Origin: Octopus vulgaris
Lineage: Eukaryota
Direction of reading: 5' to 3'
Length of the DNA: 64,000 nucleotides
Assembly (NCBI GenBank): GCA_951406725.2
Contig: OX597814.1
Location: 116,498,001 to 116,562,000, forward strand
Shown: positions 1-12,248 of the stretch, piece after piece
Position numbering within the stretch: the stretch's first letter is position 1
Layout of the letters: every line of letters begins with the position of its first letter
The notes under the pieces: model-generated
Databases searched by the model: none
What the model was told of the DNA's origin: nothing
The model's input: only the letters and a program-made list of their open reading frames with translations
Translations under genes and position numbers: made by a program

Positions 1-1568
1 AAACATACAAACATACATACATACATACATATACACACATACACACACACATACACACACACACTTATATATATATATATATATCTTGGAAGACCGATTA
101 TAGCAGCGACTCCATCTAAGAATATCTGAAGAAGGAATTGTATTCCGGAATATCATCGGTCTATGGATAAATAAATTACAACAGATATATGGTCCATTTT
201 ATTTTATATAATAGTGCATTGTTATACCATTCAAAACTTTTTGTTCTTTATATCTTTTTAAGTATATAATTATAAAGACATAATTATAATTACGGGCGCT
301 GGAATGCCAGCGTCTAGACGCTAGAACTAGATATCAAAAACATATAATCCACTCTAAGTTTGTTCTCTATTTATAAGCACAAGTAGAATGCGAGGTAATG
401 AGTAAGAAGATTTACAAAATTTTGGATTATCATATATCTTAAGATTTCGTGCTCTGTAATAAAAGTTTTTTTACACTCCTCAGTAGTGATATACGAACAA
501 CATATAAGCGAAAAATACATATACATACCGATAGATTTTTGTGTATAGATGCCAATATAAACATGCATTTCTCGCGTATACATTACATCTAATCGCCCAT
601 CTCAGCCATGAGGTTAATGTCAGAAATCGTACAGGGTAAATAAAGTGCCGCAGCATGACATAATGAATAGAGAACTCAAAATTTATACATATAGATTGAG
701 AGTATAGCGTATAAAAACCGACTGAGAAATTAAGAAATCTACATAAAAACGAACTAGAGATCCTCCTCTCGACAATAGTAGATGAACCAATGGCTTGACA
801 TGGGGTAGAGACAAGGGAAAAGTAATCAAAAACTTTCATATACCAAATGGGCCAGCAGCTGGGACAAAGTCACATTCTGGATTGGCGATGTGAATCCCCA
901 CACCAGCCTGAGGAAATCACCCGAAGAGTAATCATAAGTAATGATGCAAAACTACGGTGGTGCTCCAGCATGACCACAATCGGCTGACTGAAACAAGTAA
1001 AAGAATGAAAGAATATATATATTCCTTCACACACAGACTCACACATTAAAGGCATAGTTGTCTTAGGATAAGATCAGCATGCATCATGGTTGTAATGTTC
1101 TAAGTGACAAATTTGTTTGAGGTCTGCAGAATAATTTTCCAGCGAACTAAATCTATCAGATATCATTGTTTCTGACGCTAGAGAGATATATAGATAGATA
1201 GATAGATAGATAGATAATTTCCACTTATCGTCTCTGAGAAGCATTTCGTTTCAAATCACACAAAATCTCTTGCCCCAACTCAACGAAGTTCATTCTGCGT
1301 GTGCTAAATTCCTGCTATCTGTTTGAAGACAATAAAGCTCATGCTATGTTGATAAACATCCAACTAGGTTGTCGAAGTTCCAGAATTTTCTCCAATTGTC
1401 TAAATAAAGAAGGGATTTGTTTTTCCCTAAGCATGTAAATTTAATCACAAATTCTCAATTTCTTGAACCGATCATTTCTTTTTCTTATACAGGATAAGTA
1501 TTGTTGCTACGCTTTTGGTCTTTTTAACTTCGACCGAGTGTTATATCTTACTAAATTGTAATTTATCG

Positions 1569-1851
1569 TAATAGGAAGATATGTGTGAATATATCAGGGG
1601 AAAGAGCCAGGGAGGAGATAGGTGTCAAGTATTTACATCTATATGTGTGCTTGTGAGTGTGTGTACGTGCGCCTGTGTCAATACTCACACAAGCGTGTTA
1701 TACACACATACATTCACGCAGGTACACACAAAAACACAAGCACACAGGCGCACGTACACACACTCACAAGCACATATATAGATGTAAATACTTGACACCT
1801 ATCTCCTCCCTGGCTCTTTCCCCTGATATATTCACAAATATCTTCCTATTA
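1569..1851. repeat. Near-perfect inverted repeat (110-bp arms, ~63-bp spacer)
   Basis: Arm 1569-1678 (taataggaagatatgtgtgaatatatcagggg...gcctgtgt) is the reverse complement of 1742-1851 with about 2 mismatches. Confidence 0.9.
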
Positions 1852-1869
1852 TTCTGATTCTCCGTAGTA

Positions 1870-2310
1870 TTCATACTTTCGTTTGCACTACCCGTTCTAT
1901 TTACCACCTCGGTCAAGTTGTGTTTTTTTTTGGTCTTACATCGTACATGATAACTCCTCTGTTGTTTTGTACATTCTGTGAAGTGGTGACGTGTATATAA
2001 AGAATTATCTATGGTTCCAATACAGGCTATGCGGGATTCGGAGGTATCACCCTTGCAAATAAAGGTTACTGAGTTCTTCAAATAACGTTATGTCTTACTT
2101 TATCGAAGGCCTTCATGTAATCTATAAAACACATAAAAGACATCTTTTTGCATCTCCACCGCCTACCTCGATATCATTCTCAGTACAAAAACGGCTTTCC
2201 TAGCACCAGCACCTTTTACCATGTCCTGTTCTTCAATTCCAATCTCAGGTGTTATTTTGGTTATTATTAGTAGAAGTACAATTCTGAAGGCGGACTTTGT
2301 ACTGTGACTC
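1870..2310 (-). mobile_element. RTE-clade LINE reverse-transcriptase fragment (degraded)
   Basis: Minus strand translates as ...EIGIEEQ...GAGARKAVFVLRMISR*AVEMQKD..CFIDYMKAFDKVRH, matching the LINE RT motif (QxGFR...FIDyxKAFDxV), with stops and frameshifts. Confidence 0.7.
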
Positions 2311-2619
2311 ATGAGGCTAACATGGTTCTTAAAGAGAAAATTGAGAATAGAATGAACGAAGTGCACAGTGATGAAGTGATAGGAAGAGGAAGGACGATAT
2401 GGATGGCAAGTGTAATGAACCGGTTAGAATAAAGGGGCATTGAAGTGGAACTGTTATGGAAAACAACAAAGAGCGAATTAGTGCAGGACATGATCATCTA
2501 TATCCATCATTCTAGACATGGAACCTAAAAAAGAGGACCATATAAGGAACGTACGACGAAGAAGCTACCTCCAAACTCTTCAGGTGAAACTCAAATTGTG
2601 ACTAGACTCGGACTGTGAT

Positions 2620-3683
2620 ACTATAAAAAACTGACGTACAAGGATGGTGGCGCAAGCAACTATGCCGTCCAGGGTCGACCTTGAGTGACTTCAACACAAC
2701 CAAAGCATTCTATATGGGATTAGTGGAGTGGAAGTACGACGGCGAGCTCGGGGCGAACCTGGACGTGGACGAGGAATATCTGACTCGCCTGTTCGGGACG
2801 ACTTTCGGGCCAGGACCTATGGACAACTTCCAGAGATCCCTATCCTGGCAATGCTACCGAGAAGCGCTACCCGTTCGGGATAAGCTCTACAGACACGGCT
2901 CGAGAAACACGGGCCGACCTGCTCAAGATGCGGTCAGAGCGACGAAACCGTTCTGCACGCACTCGTGCAGTCTCCAAATATTTCCTACTTGTGGGCCTAT
3001 GTCGAACGACTGCTGTCACGTGTGGGATGAGTCGTTTTATCAGCCGAATCTATCGTCAATATTGTCACACCTCCTTCCCTCAAACGGGAAGGAAGAGCTG
3101 TTTTCATCATCCTTGTGGCTTTGGCGAAAGAATGTATCTGGTGGACGCGTCTGAAAGGATTGGAGACAAACACTTTCTCCTCTGGTCAATCTCTCATCAA
3201 CTTCTTCAAGTATCACTTGAAAAGGAAAGTGAGAGTAGAGAGGCAAGTTTTGTCTAGCGAATGTTTCAAAATAAGATGGGTGAATGTAGCAAGGATGGCA
3301 CATATGAATGAAGAAGCCACCTTGAGCATAATCCTATGAACCCGGAAAATTTAAAACAGAGGGTTACCTGCTTGCAAACAAATGTGGTAACATGTAACAA
3401 TATTGACCAAGGTTATCGTGGTCTTTTCCGTAGGATTTTCTTCCCACGGATAAACCTTATCGGCTTCCCCCTTTACACTTTACATCATGACACTGTGATA
3501 CACGATCGATCTCTATTGATAATTTTTTTCTTTTCCTTTTTTTTCTTTTTTTCCTTTTTTTTCTTATTTCCATTTTACGATACCTTTTGATCGAAAACCT
3601 ACCCCACCTTTTTTTTTCTCTCTCCAAAACTTTGTAATCTGCCCCGTCTGTGTGCAGCCCTGTGTGGTTAATAAGGAAACATA

Positions 3684-3700
<17 letters not shown>
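2620..3700 (+). mobile_element. L1/Tx1-like LINE 3' fragment (C-terminal zinc-knuckle region, 3' UTR)
   Basis: ORF 2681-3154 reads WQCYREALPVRDKLYRHG; a shifted frame gives C-x-RCGQSDETVLHALVQ (zf-RVT-like). It continues to FFKYHLKRKVRVERQVLSSECFKIRW, then a T-rich UTR ending near aataa (3670). Confidence 0.7.
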
Positions 3701-3715
<15 letters not shown>

Positions 3716-4099
3716 AAAATATAAGCCATGTCTACTCATTTTTCAAATACATTATATGTACCAAGAACTTACTTTTTATTCCACTACATACACACACATA
3801 TATATATATGTTACCCTGTCTGGACCTTTCATACATACTCACCATGTATCTGATGGCAAAAACCCGGTGTAGGGACACGCTAGACCATCACTTGAGATAT
3901 CCCAGTAACAGTGGTAAGACTTTAAATACACCTTACTCTAAATTATCATAAATGACTTGAGATATGTGCCCTGCCTTGGTTTATGTTGGCCTTTTCCACT
4001 AATATATATATGTTAAGAGACGTCACAATGTGTAGTGCTTTATTGGCACTATATTTATACTCTGGTACATACTTATATATATAGGAAGAATTATAAAAA

Positions 4100-5090
4100 A
4101 AAGACAAAACAGGTGGTGTAGACAACAACAAGTTGTATTAGCTTAACGCTCGGGAAGTGAAAAAAGTCTTTAACGTTTCGATCCTACGCTCTTCTACAGA
4201 AAGGAATACAGAAAGAAACAAGGAGAGAAAATAAAGAATGTGTAGTGGCTAGCGATCCATCATGGCGAATGCCGGACAGAGATGTCAAACAGGAGAGCTA
4301 GGAAGAAGGGGAGATCATAAAGTAGTTGTGATCCCAAAACGGAGGTGCGCGTGCGTGTATATAAGAGAGCATATATGTGCGTGCGGAAGAGGGCTGGTGA
4401 TGTGTGTGTATGTATATGTGCGTGTGTGTATGTTCATGTGTGTATGGCTGGTGTGCCTGTGTGTATGTCTAGGTGTGCGGATGTGGTCCTGGGAAGTGGT
4501 CAGTGCTAGTGTGATGTGATGTAATGTGGTGTTGTGTGGTGTTGTGGGGTATAGTATAGTGGTGTGTGGTGTTGTGGGGTATGGTATAGTGGTGTGTGGT
4601 GTGGTGTGATGGTGTTGGGATGCGGGGGAGACAAGAGTGGGGAAAGCAAGAGTGGGGTATGGGTTAGGTTGAGGGTGGAGGTAGAGGTAGAGTATGAGGG
4701 TAGGCTGAGGGTGTGGGTAGAGGTGGTGTATGTGGGAGTAGGTGTAAGGGATGGAGTGAGTGTGGAATGAGATGGATAAGGAAGGTAAGTTTGGAGTGTG
4801 TGGGCGTGGTGTTACGAGGGAGGGTTGAGATGAAAAGAGAAGGGAAAGAGAGAAGGTGGGTAGGAGTGAAGAGTAGAGAGAAGGAGAGTAGGAGTGAAGA
4901 GAAGAATAGGAGTCGGAGCAAGAGAGGAGAGGTGAGTGGGAGGAAGTAGGTGTGAAAGGGAGAGAGGAGAGGAGGTTAGAAGAAGAGCGGAGGAGAGTTG
5001 TGCCCATGTGGCGCAAAGGAGCGAAGAGAGAAGATTAATCCCTGTTCACAGCGCAAACTGGAGTCCGGATGAATCTTAGGATAAGCGGTG
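4100..5090 (-). mobile_element. Penelope-like element 3' end (GIY-YIG C-terminus, low-complexity UTR, pLTR)
   Basis: Minus strand ~5075-4995 reads HPDSSLRCEQGLIFSLRSFAPHGHNS, typical of the PLE endonuclease end (R..E..LI..L....P.GlN). The terminal part has a hammerhead-like gaagagcgtaggatcgaaacgtta (4170-4200). Confidence 0.7.
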
Positions 5091-5244
5091 ATCGTCATTA
5101 CCCTCTGTCACGTTTGTGACCTCTATTAATTTTGTGATTAGGTTCTAATCGCTAATACGGCAATTACACACACACAAACACACACAAACGCACACACACA
5201 GACGCACGCACACTAACACACGCACACATATATATATATATATG

Positions 5245-5600
5245 TATAAATATATACCAAAAAAAATATAGGAAATGGAGATGTAGCATTAATATAATTT
5301 ATTAACTGCAAGAATCCAACATTTTCTCTTGCAGCTGTTTGAATTTAGGCTAATGACAAAATTACCATAATTACATCATCTGATGAGATTTTGCCTCATA
5401 CAATGATTTAGGTTATTGCAATTTAATCTTTAGGCTAAACTGAAAGAGCTGTAAGAGAAAATGTATTTTTGCAGTTAATAATTTACATTAATGCTATATC
5501 TCTATTTTCTAAATTTTGTTTTGAATATTTATAAACGAAGATTTATAATTATATTGGCTATTATTATCCCTTAATGGGGTTATTTTAAACTCTAATTATA
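5245..5600. mobile_element. Fold-back Penelope-pLTR-like element with degenerate hammerhead
   Basis: Imperfect inverted arms ~5245-5340 / ~5442-5533 plus a one-sided tail. CTGATGA at 5380-5386 and GAAAgAGCTGTA at 5442-5453. Flanked by (TA)n. Confidence 0.6.
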
Positions 5601-5612
5601 TATATATATATA

Positions 5613-5796
5613 TAGTTAATCCAAACAAGAAAGCACAAACAAACACAACAACGCGAGGACGTGGAAGAAATATAGTATTATTGGACGCTCAGGAAAGAAG
5701 GAAAGAAGCTCTTCGTCGGAAACATAGGAGAAGGAAAGATCCAGAGAAGGGAAGACAGAGGGAAAAAATCGCCAACGGTACACACGCGGTCACATT
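5613..5796 (-). repeat. Dispersed PLE-terminus-like repeat (copy 1)
   Basis: agttaatccaaacaaga...ggtacacacgcggtcacatt, recurring at 11508-11680; both copies abut (TA)n. Confidence 0.6.
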
Positions 5797-6390
5797 CCAA
5801 GTGTGCTATTATTAGAAGACCTGGTTTGTTACACTGTAGATGTAATATGGTGTGTCTAACAAGATATATTGTAACTTCTTAAAAGCTTCTTTGGTGGAGG
5901 AACAACGTAAGACAATAAGTAGTGGCAAATGGCACTAAAATAGTAACCAAAGGGGAAAAATCTTGAGAAATTCAGAATCATACTCAAGGAATTATCCCGA
6001 TGAGGGAATCGATGTATCAAATTTCAAGGAAGAATAATGGGCCTATTTTTCAGTTTAAAATAAGCGTCATCTGTGAAATATTTCACTTGTCACCTTGCAG
6101 AGAGAAGCTGACAATTCATATCCAACACACACACACTCACGCACACACACACACACATACACAGATACACAAACACGCACACACACACGCACACATGCAC
6201 ACACGCACATATACACTCACACACACACACCGCCGCGCGCACACTAGCACTCACAGACACAAAAAACACTGATGCACAATTATATAAACGTCTGTAGCGA
6301 ACAATATGTTAACATATGAATCATAATTCTACACACGCACGCACACACACACTCACACACACACATATATATATACATATATACACATAC

Positions 6391-6431
<41 letters not shown>

Positions 6432-6453
6432 AATACATACATACATGCATACA

Positions 6454-6531
<78 letters not shown>

Positions 6532-7127
6532 GTGTTGCAAAAAAAAATTATCTCGCATATCTGAGCGATGTGTGAATGTCTGTAGCGTATTCCCAAAAGA
6601 CACCATCAACAATCTTCATCAGCTTTGTCATCACTTATTTTTCTGCGAAACAAAAACATATGATCGTACGATTGTTAGGTAAAAATATCAATATGTTCTA
6701 GACTTATCTATGTTTCCAGCACACATACTTATGTACCTGTATATGTGTGTGTGTATGTATGTAGGTATGTATGTATGTGTATGTGTGTATGTATGAATAT
6801 ATGCATGTGTGTGTGTATTTATGTATGAAACTAGGAGGCAACGACTAATCCCAATCTAGTCCTTTCCCACTAGGGAACGAATATATATATATATATACTA
6901 GCAGCATAGCCCGGCGTTGCCCGGGTATGTAAGAGCCCCTAGGAGGCAACGACTAATCCCAATCTAGTCCTTTCCCACTAGGGAACGAATATATATATAT
7001 ATATACTAGCAGCATAGCCCGGCGTTGCCCGGGTATGTAAGAGCCCCTAGGAGGCAACGACTAATCCCAATCTAGTCCTTTCCCTCTAGGAAACGAAGGC
7101 GCATGTGTAGGTTGCAATGTCTTCTCT

Positions 7128-8861
7128 TCACTCGAATACTTCTGTGTATATGATGTTCATAGCTGTCCCTTTGGGCGAAAACATGAAAACATCATTGCGC
7201 CTCCCAACGCGTGAACAGCCCGCGTAGAGTTGACCGTGGGCCAAGCACTGTTCGCCCAAATGTAACCCAGCGATTGGAGCGTTTGGCCTTGGGATATATT
7301 GATGGACATTGCGACTTGTAGCGTTTGGCCTTGGGATATATTGATGGACATTGCGACTTGTAGCGTTTGGCCTTGGGATATATTGATGGACATTGCGACT
7401 TGTAGCGTTTGGCCTTGGGATATATTGATGGACATTGCAGAGTTTAACAGGAAACTGAGAACGCCTGAAGTGGATTGGTAGGTCGGCACCCGACGGTTGA
7501 ATGTGCATGCGTGGAATGAAGACGTCCTCTCCCTTACCACAACCGGTAAGTATTGTGGCCGTTATTAAATGTGGTGCCAAATGTTTCACCACCAGACGTG
7601 TGCCGTTGCACTTTTTAGGTGGAACCAAATTCCTGATGAGCATAATGGGCGCACCGACTTTTAACTTCAGGATGTGTGGCGGCAGGCCTGGCGGTTCAAG
7701 TGAATTCAGGAATTCAACAGGATAATCGGCAAGCTCGGCGGGTTCTGCTGTCCTGTCTATAGATTTGTAGACGTGGACATCACTAGGAATGGCTTCAAGT
7801 AGCTGGATGGAGTTGACGGTTGTATTTTTGGGTGCGAGAATAGCTCTGCCTGTCAGCCATTTTAGGTCGCGTAAATTGTTTTGTAGGTCGTGGAAGACAG
7901 CGTCTCGAAGGCTAGCAGGGGTGTCGACAGTGGTGCAAAGTGAGTCCAATTGAACGCAGCCATCCGCATCAGCCGGCATCCTATTTTCACCGAGCGATAA
8001 AAGGTCCCTGGAGAAGGCAGCGGATTCGCTGTCACCAATCAACTGCGCGCGCATGTTAGTTTGGAGGTGCAAGGGCCGCACATGTGCCCAAAGAGCTGAC
8101 GACTTAAGGCACGCGCGCACGGCATCGGCACGGGTTCCTTTTGGAATAACAGGTAGAGTCTGCCTGAAGTCTCCTGAAATAAGTAAAGTCAATCCTCTCA
8201 TGGGGTCCGTAGAGTCTCTGATCTCTTGCAGGGACCTGTCCAGTGCCTCAAGGGCGTCTTTGTGTGCCATAGTGCACTCATCCCATACGATGAGTTTGCA
8301 TCTGCGCAGAATGTCGGCCTGTTCTGAGTTCTTGGCGATGTTGCAGATAGGTGACTCGGACTTTGCCAGATCGAGCAGGAGTCTGAAGGCAGAGTGGGCG
8401 GTTCTTCCACCCGGAAGCAACGTGGCCGCGATACCAGAGGAAGATACAGCCAGGGCAATTTCCGTGTTGCGTCTGACCTCCGCCAGAATTAGTTTCGTGA
8501 CGAAGGTTTTGCCAGTGCCGCCAGGTGCGTCAAGGAAGTAAATCCCCCCACGTTGCTGTCTGACAGAGTCTACGATGGTGTTGTAGGCTATGCGCTGGTC
8601 TGGAAGCAGTCGTGGTTCATTATCTTGGACGTACTGGTGCAGTTCCTCAATGCAGTAGGACATTTCGCGTAACAATTCAGCAGACATAACATTGGCGTGT
8701 TCACGTGTGGGTGGTGGAAGGCCGTACTCTGTTAAAGCAGAGCCACCCATATTGATGACATCGTCTTCGAGTTGAATAAGCGCAAAATTGTAAATGAAGT
8801 TGGTGAACGTGATCTCGGCGGAAGGGCTGAGCCGTACGTAAGACGTCCTGCGACATGTCAT
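7128..8861 (-). pseudogene. Helitron PIF1-family (SF1B) DNA helicase domain
   Basis: Walker A DAPGGTGKT, Walker B VWDECTM, SGDFRQTLPVI, LKVGAPIMLIRNL, CNGTRL, QFPVKLC and HGQLYAGCSRV. The AMSINxSQGQTL motif is out of frame and quadruplicated, and the upstream linker lies in another frame. Confidence 0.9.
7278..7438. repeat. 42-bp tandem repeat (~3.8 copies) in helicase
   Basis: Unit agcgtttggccttgggatatattgatggacattgcgacttgt; the minus strand encodes AMSINISQGQTLQV. Confidence 0.95.
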
Positions 8862-8950
8862 CCCTGTATTTCATCCAGAGACTTAGTGGGTCACTAAGCT
8901 GACATTTTTGAAGAAGAATTGCGAAAAGATGTCGTAGAGCCGAAGACGTT

Positions 8951-9510
8951 TGCAGATCGAACCATGACTGTGTTTGCGGCGTTAGCAGCTTGGCGAGCTC
9001 TCCTCTTTTGAGGTGTTTCGGCAGATCGGGCCATGGCTGTGTTTGCGGCGTCTGCAGCTTGGCGAGCTCTCTTCTGTTGAGGTGTTTCGGCAGATCGGGC
9101 CATGGCTGTGTTTGCGGCGTTAGCAGCTTGGCGAGTTCTCCTCTGCTATGAGGTTTCGACAGATCGTGTCCTGGCGGTGCTAGCGGCGTTAGCCGCATTC
9201 CGAATGGCCCTTTGTTCGGGGTTCTCGCGAGCTCTGCGGATGGAAGCACAGGAAGAAGTCCGCATGTTTTGGCTGGACTGTTGCTCTTTCGTCAACCTCG
9301 AGCGGAGGGAAGATCTGTACGCTGCGGCCCTTGCAAGTCGGGTAGAAAGGTCGCTAGTAGTTTCAGATGCCTGAGCAGCGGCAGAACGGGAAGCTTTTTG
9401 CGATGGGCGCAAGGCGGTTTCCTCGTGGGTCTCGCGTGCCCTTCTAGCCCTAGCAGCCGATGCCTTGGCCGTCCGAGGGCTGAGGAGGGTCCTTCTCTTC
9501 TTGGGTGGAA
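8951..9510 (-). pseudogene. Helitron N-terminal Arg/Ala-rich region with 69-bp (23-aa) repeats
   Basis: (M/I)PPKKRRTLL...ARARRARET and 3x ARSAETPQQKRARQAADAANTAM, typical of the N-terminal repeats of Helitron RepHel proteins; frameshifted. Confidence 0.75.
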
Positions 9511-10733
9511 TTTTGGTGGATAGCAATGTGTTTTGCAAAGGTCTTATAAAAAGGAACACATGGGGTAAGTATCCCAAAATGTATAAAAATGTACAAAAAC
9601 GGCAAAAAAGCGGGCAGCAATGTGATAGACAACAACGAAAAAGCGAAAAGTGACCAAACTGAACAAACAAATGGAAAAGGTTTTTTGGTGCATACGACAA
9701 AAGCGGCTTATAATAAACCAAGAGTTTGCAAGTAGCGTCCGAGAACCCTTAGGGTACGTCAAAAATTTAAGGTAAAACGTTTGGGGTGGTAGTTTAAGAA
9801 AGTTTAAACAAAAAAAGTATTCGAATAACTTGCGGCTGCAGCAGCTATTAGCAGAAGTGGCGGTGTTGGGGGTAAAGTCTCGAATGTAATTTCTTCCTAG
9901 TAGGAATTGGTTGGGTTGAATTATCGATAACTGTTTGATAGTTATTTCAGAGTGTAAGAGTTAAAAAGGTCGAGTTGCGTCCCCTAGACAGTCTGTGGTT
10001 TGTGTTAAATACACGAATCGGTTTTCTATGTGTGCCACATATGATTTAATTAACCGATTTTTTCCAGTAATAAAGTATCCTATTGGAATAAAAAGGGCCA
10101 TATAGCTCCTTGGAGCAGACATGATGCTCGCTGTGAATTAAAAAAAAAAATTCCTGCCAATTTGTGAAAGATATTGTCGAAAATATGTCATCTTGAATTT
10201 GAACGCGATTTCTCAAAAGGGCATGATTTTATCGATTTTTACTGATAGTAAGGTATTGCATGGAAAACTAACGTCAGAATTAAGTTTCTGAGGGTATCAT
10301 TAAGCTTCGCCATGAGTTTGGTGAAAATCGATTGCAAGTTGCGAAAACTACAACAGAAAATGTGTTGCATATAAAAAGCTTAGATTCTGGACCCCATGTT
10401 GAATTTATCAATTTTTTTCAGAACTGGGGGAACTTTTCAAAATTTTTGCTGCGTTAGTTTTGAATTATGACATTGGGCTATGTGTGTGTCAAGTTTCATC
10501 AGAATCGGTTGAAAGCCGTGGTCAGGGTGAGGGTACAACCAGGCAGACACACACACAGACACACAAACAGACAAACTGCCGTTCATATAGAGAGAGATGT
10601 GTGTGCGTTTGTGTGTGTCTGTGTATATATACATATCTATATATATATATATTGTTATATTTTGAAATGGTCATTTTGCCAGTTTAGCCAATAAATATAT
10701 AAACGTAAATATATATATATATGTATATATATG

Positions 10734-10791
<58 letters not shown>

Positions 10792-11459
10792 TGTGTGTGT
10801 ACAGTAACTGGTAACGTTTCACAAATTGGAGGGGAATAGGAGACAGAAAATTGGGCACGTGAGGGATTACAATAGGTAGACAAAATAAATTCAAAAGCTA
10901 GTGGACAAAAAAAAACAACATACATCTATATAAAGTTATATCAGTCGAAGAAAGAAAGAAGTGAAAATTAAACTAAAGATTCGGATAAAACTTACATGAA
11001 ATTGCAAGAACACAGAGAAGAGGGATGCAAAAAAAAAAAAAAAGAAAAAGAAACAATAAATGAAACGATAGCTTTTTAAAGTATTTGTTTAGTTTTCGAT
11101 TACATATTGTTGTACGTGCTTTGGAACAGAAGTAGAAAGACAGACACCGTGGCGCTCAGAGTAAATGGAGATCATGTAATGGATTAAATGGTGGTATGAG
11201 CGAGTAGGTGAGCGCTTAAGTTGAAAGAAGGGATTAGTGTTGAAGGGCACGATTGAAGAGGTTGAGAAGGAAGGAGAAGGTATTTCAGGAGATGGTTAAG
11301 GGCGTTTAAAATCCGTGTAAATGTGTGTGCTTGTACTCGCATTTGAATAACAATATGAGTGAGTTTGTATGCGGGCATGTGTGTGAGTGATGAGAGTAGT
11401 AATGAGGTTGTTTGTATGTATGCTGTTATGTGTTCCCGTGTGATATATTTAGTTAAAGA

Positions 11460-11507
<48 letters not shown>

Positions 11508-11512
<5 letters not shown>

Positions 11513-11679
11513 ATCCAAACAAGAATGTACAAAAAAAAACACAACAACGCGAGGGCGTGGAACAAATATAGTATTATTGGACGCTCAGAAAAGAAGGAGG
11601 GTTCAAAGTTTCGAGCGGAGAGATCCAGAGAAGAGAAGACAGAGGAAAAAATCGCTAACGGTACACACGCGGTCACATT

Positions 11680-11680
<1 letters not shown>
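11508..11680 (-). repeat. Dispersed PLE-terminus-like repeat (copy 2)
   Basis: Similar to 5613-5796; contains tttcgagcggag (GAAA half on the minus strand); (TA)n on both sides. Confidence 0.6.
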
Positions 11681-11743
<63 letters not shown>

Positions 11744-11955
11744 TATATGAGTTTGTGTGTGTGCGTCTGTGTGTATAGAGGTGAGTTAAGTTAGAGGTTA
11801 TAACCACAGTCTAACTGACACTTGTATCTAATGAATAACCTGGTGTCTTACCTGTATGTGATCATGAGTATTAGTATTTATGCTCATAAATGGCAAGTAA
11901 GGAAAAGAATAAACCAAAGTTTATCTATGTTTAAGGAAAATAAGAAAATGGAGAT

Positions 11956-12200
11956 AAAATTGATAATTGATAAACATCAACTATCATTTATTGACAAAAT
12001 CTCATCTGACAGCTGTTTCTGTTGGTGCTATTTACTTTAAATAGCGCTAACAGAAACTGGTGTCAGATGAAATTTTGTCACTTTTGTAATCAATAAATGA
12101 GAGTTGATGTTTATCGATTATCAATTTTGTGTACCTTTTCTTTCTCTCTTTACATTTTGTCCCTCTTTTTCTTTCTCTCTTTACATCTGTCCCTCTCTGT
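11956..12200. mobile_element. Fold-back PLE-pLTR-like element (only 3' half of hammerhead)
   Basis: Inverted arms 11956-12033 / 12039-12128. The minus strand reads GAAAC-AGCT-GTC-agatg; a one-sided tail runs into (TA)n. Confidence 0.6.
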
Positions 12201-12201
12201 C

Positions 12202-12247
<46 letters not shown>

Positions 12248-12248
<1 letters not shown>

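Larger units (their letters stand above)
6898..10597 (-). mobile_element. Helitron, internally deleted (helicase retained, Rep missing)
   Basis: 5' end A|TCTCTCTCTATATGAAC at 10597, followed by a gtctgt-rich tract and aaccgattctgatgaaacttg. 3' end has the hairpin CCCGG-GCAACG-CCGGG and CTAG|T (7006-7009, repeated at 6898-6901). PIF1-like ORF inside. Confidence 0.9.

Noticed and set aside
85-300. Hammerhead-like ctgaagaa-ggaat-tgt-attcc-ggaa near the window start
   Set aside because: GAAA is replaced by GGAA and stems I/III are unconvincing; at most a decayed pLTR.
370-960. Possible PLE endonuclease end on the minus strand (YESFLIT..)
   Set aside because: Too short and degraded to support.
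4315-5016. 233-aa Pro/His/Thr/Ser-rich ORF
   Set aside because: Low-complexity 3' UTR of a Penelope-like element; no domain features.
6280-6682. Many ORFs with YIYI/VCVC/HTHT runs (also ~33 kb, 36.3-37.9 kb, 39.4 kb, 54.6-55.1 kb, 57 kb)
   Set aside because: Translations of (TA)n, (CA)n and (CATA)n microsatellites; not genes.
7278-7438. 42-bp repeats as a CRISPR array
   Set aside because: No spacers, eukaryotic context, and the unit is a duplicated helicase motif.
7128-8861. Host PIF1 gene
   Set aside because: Intronless, frameshifted and enclosed by Helitron termini.
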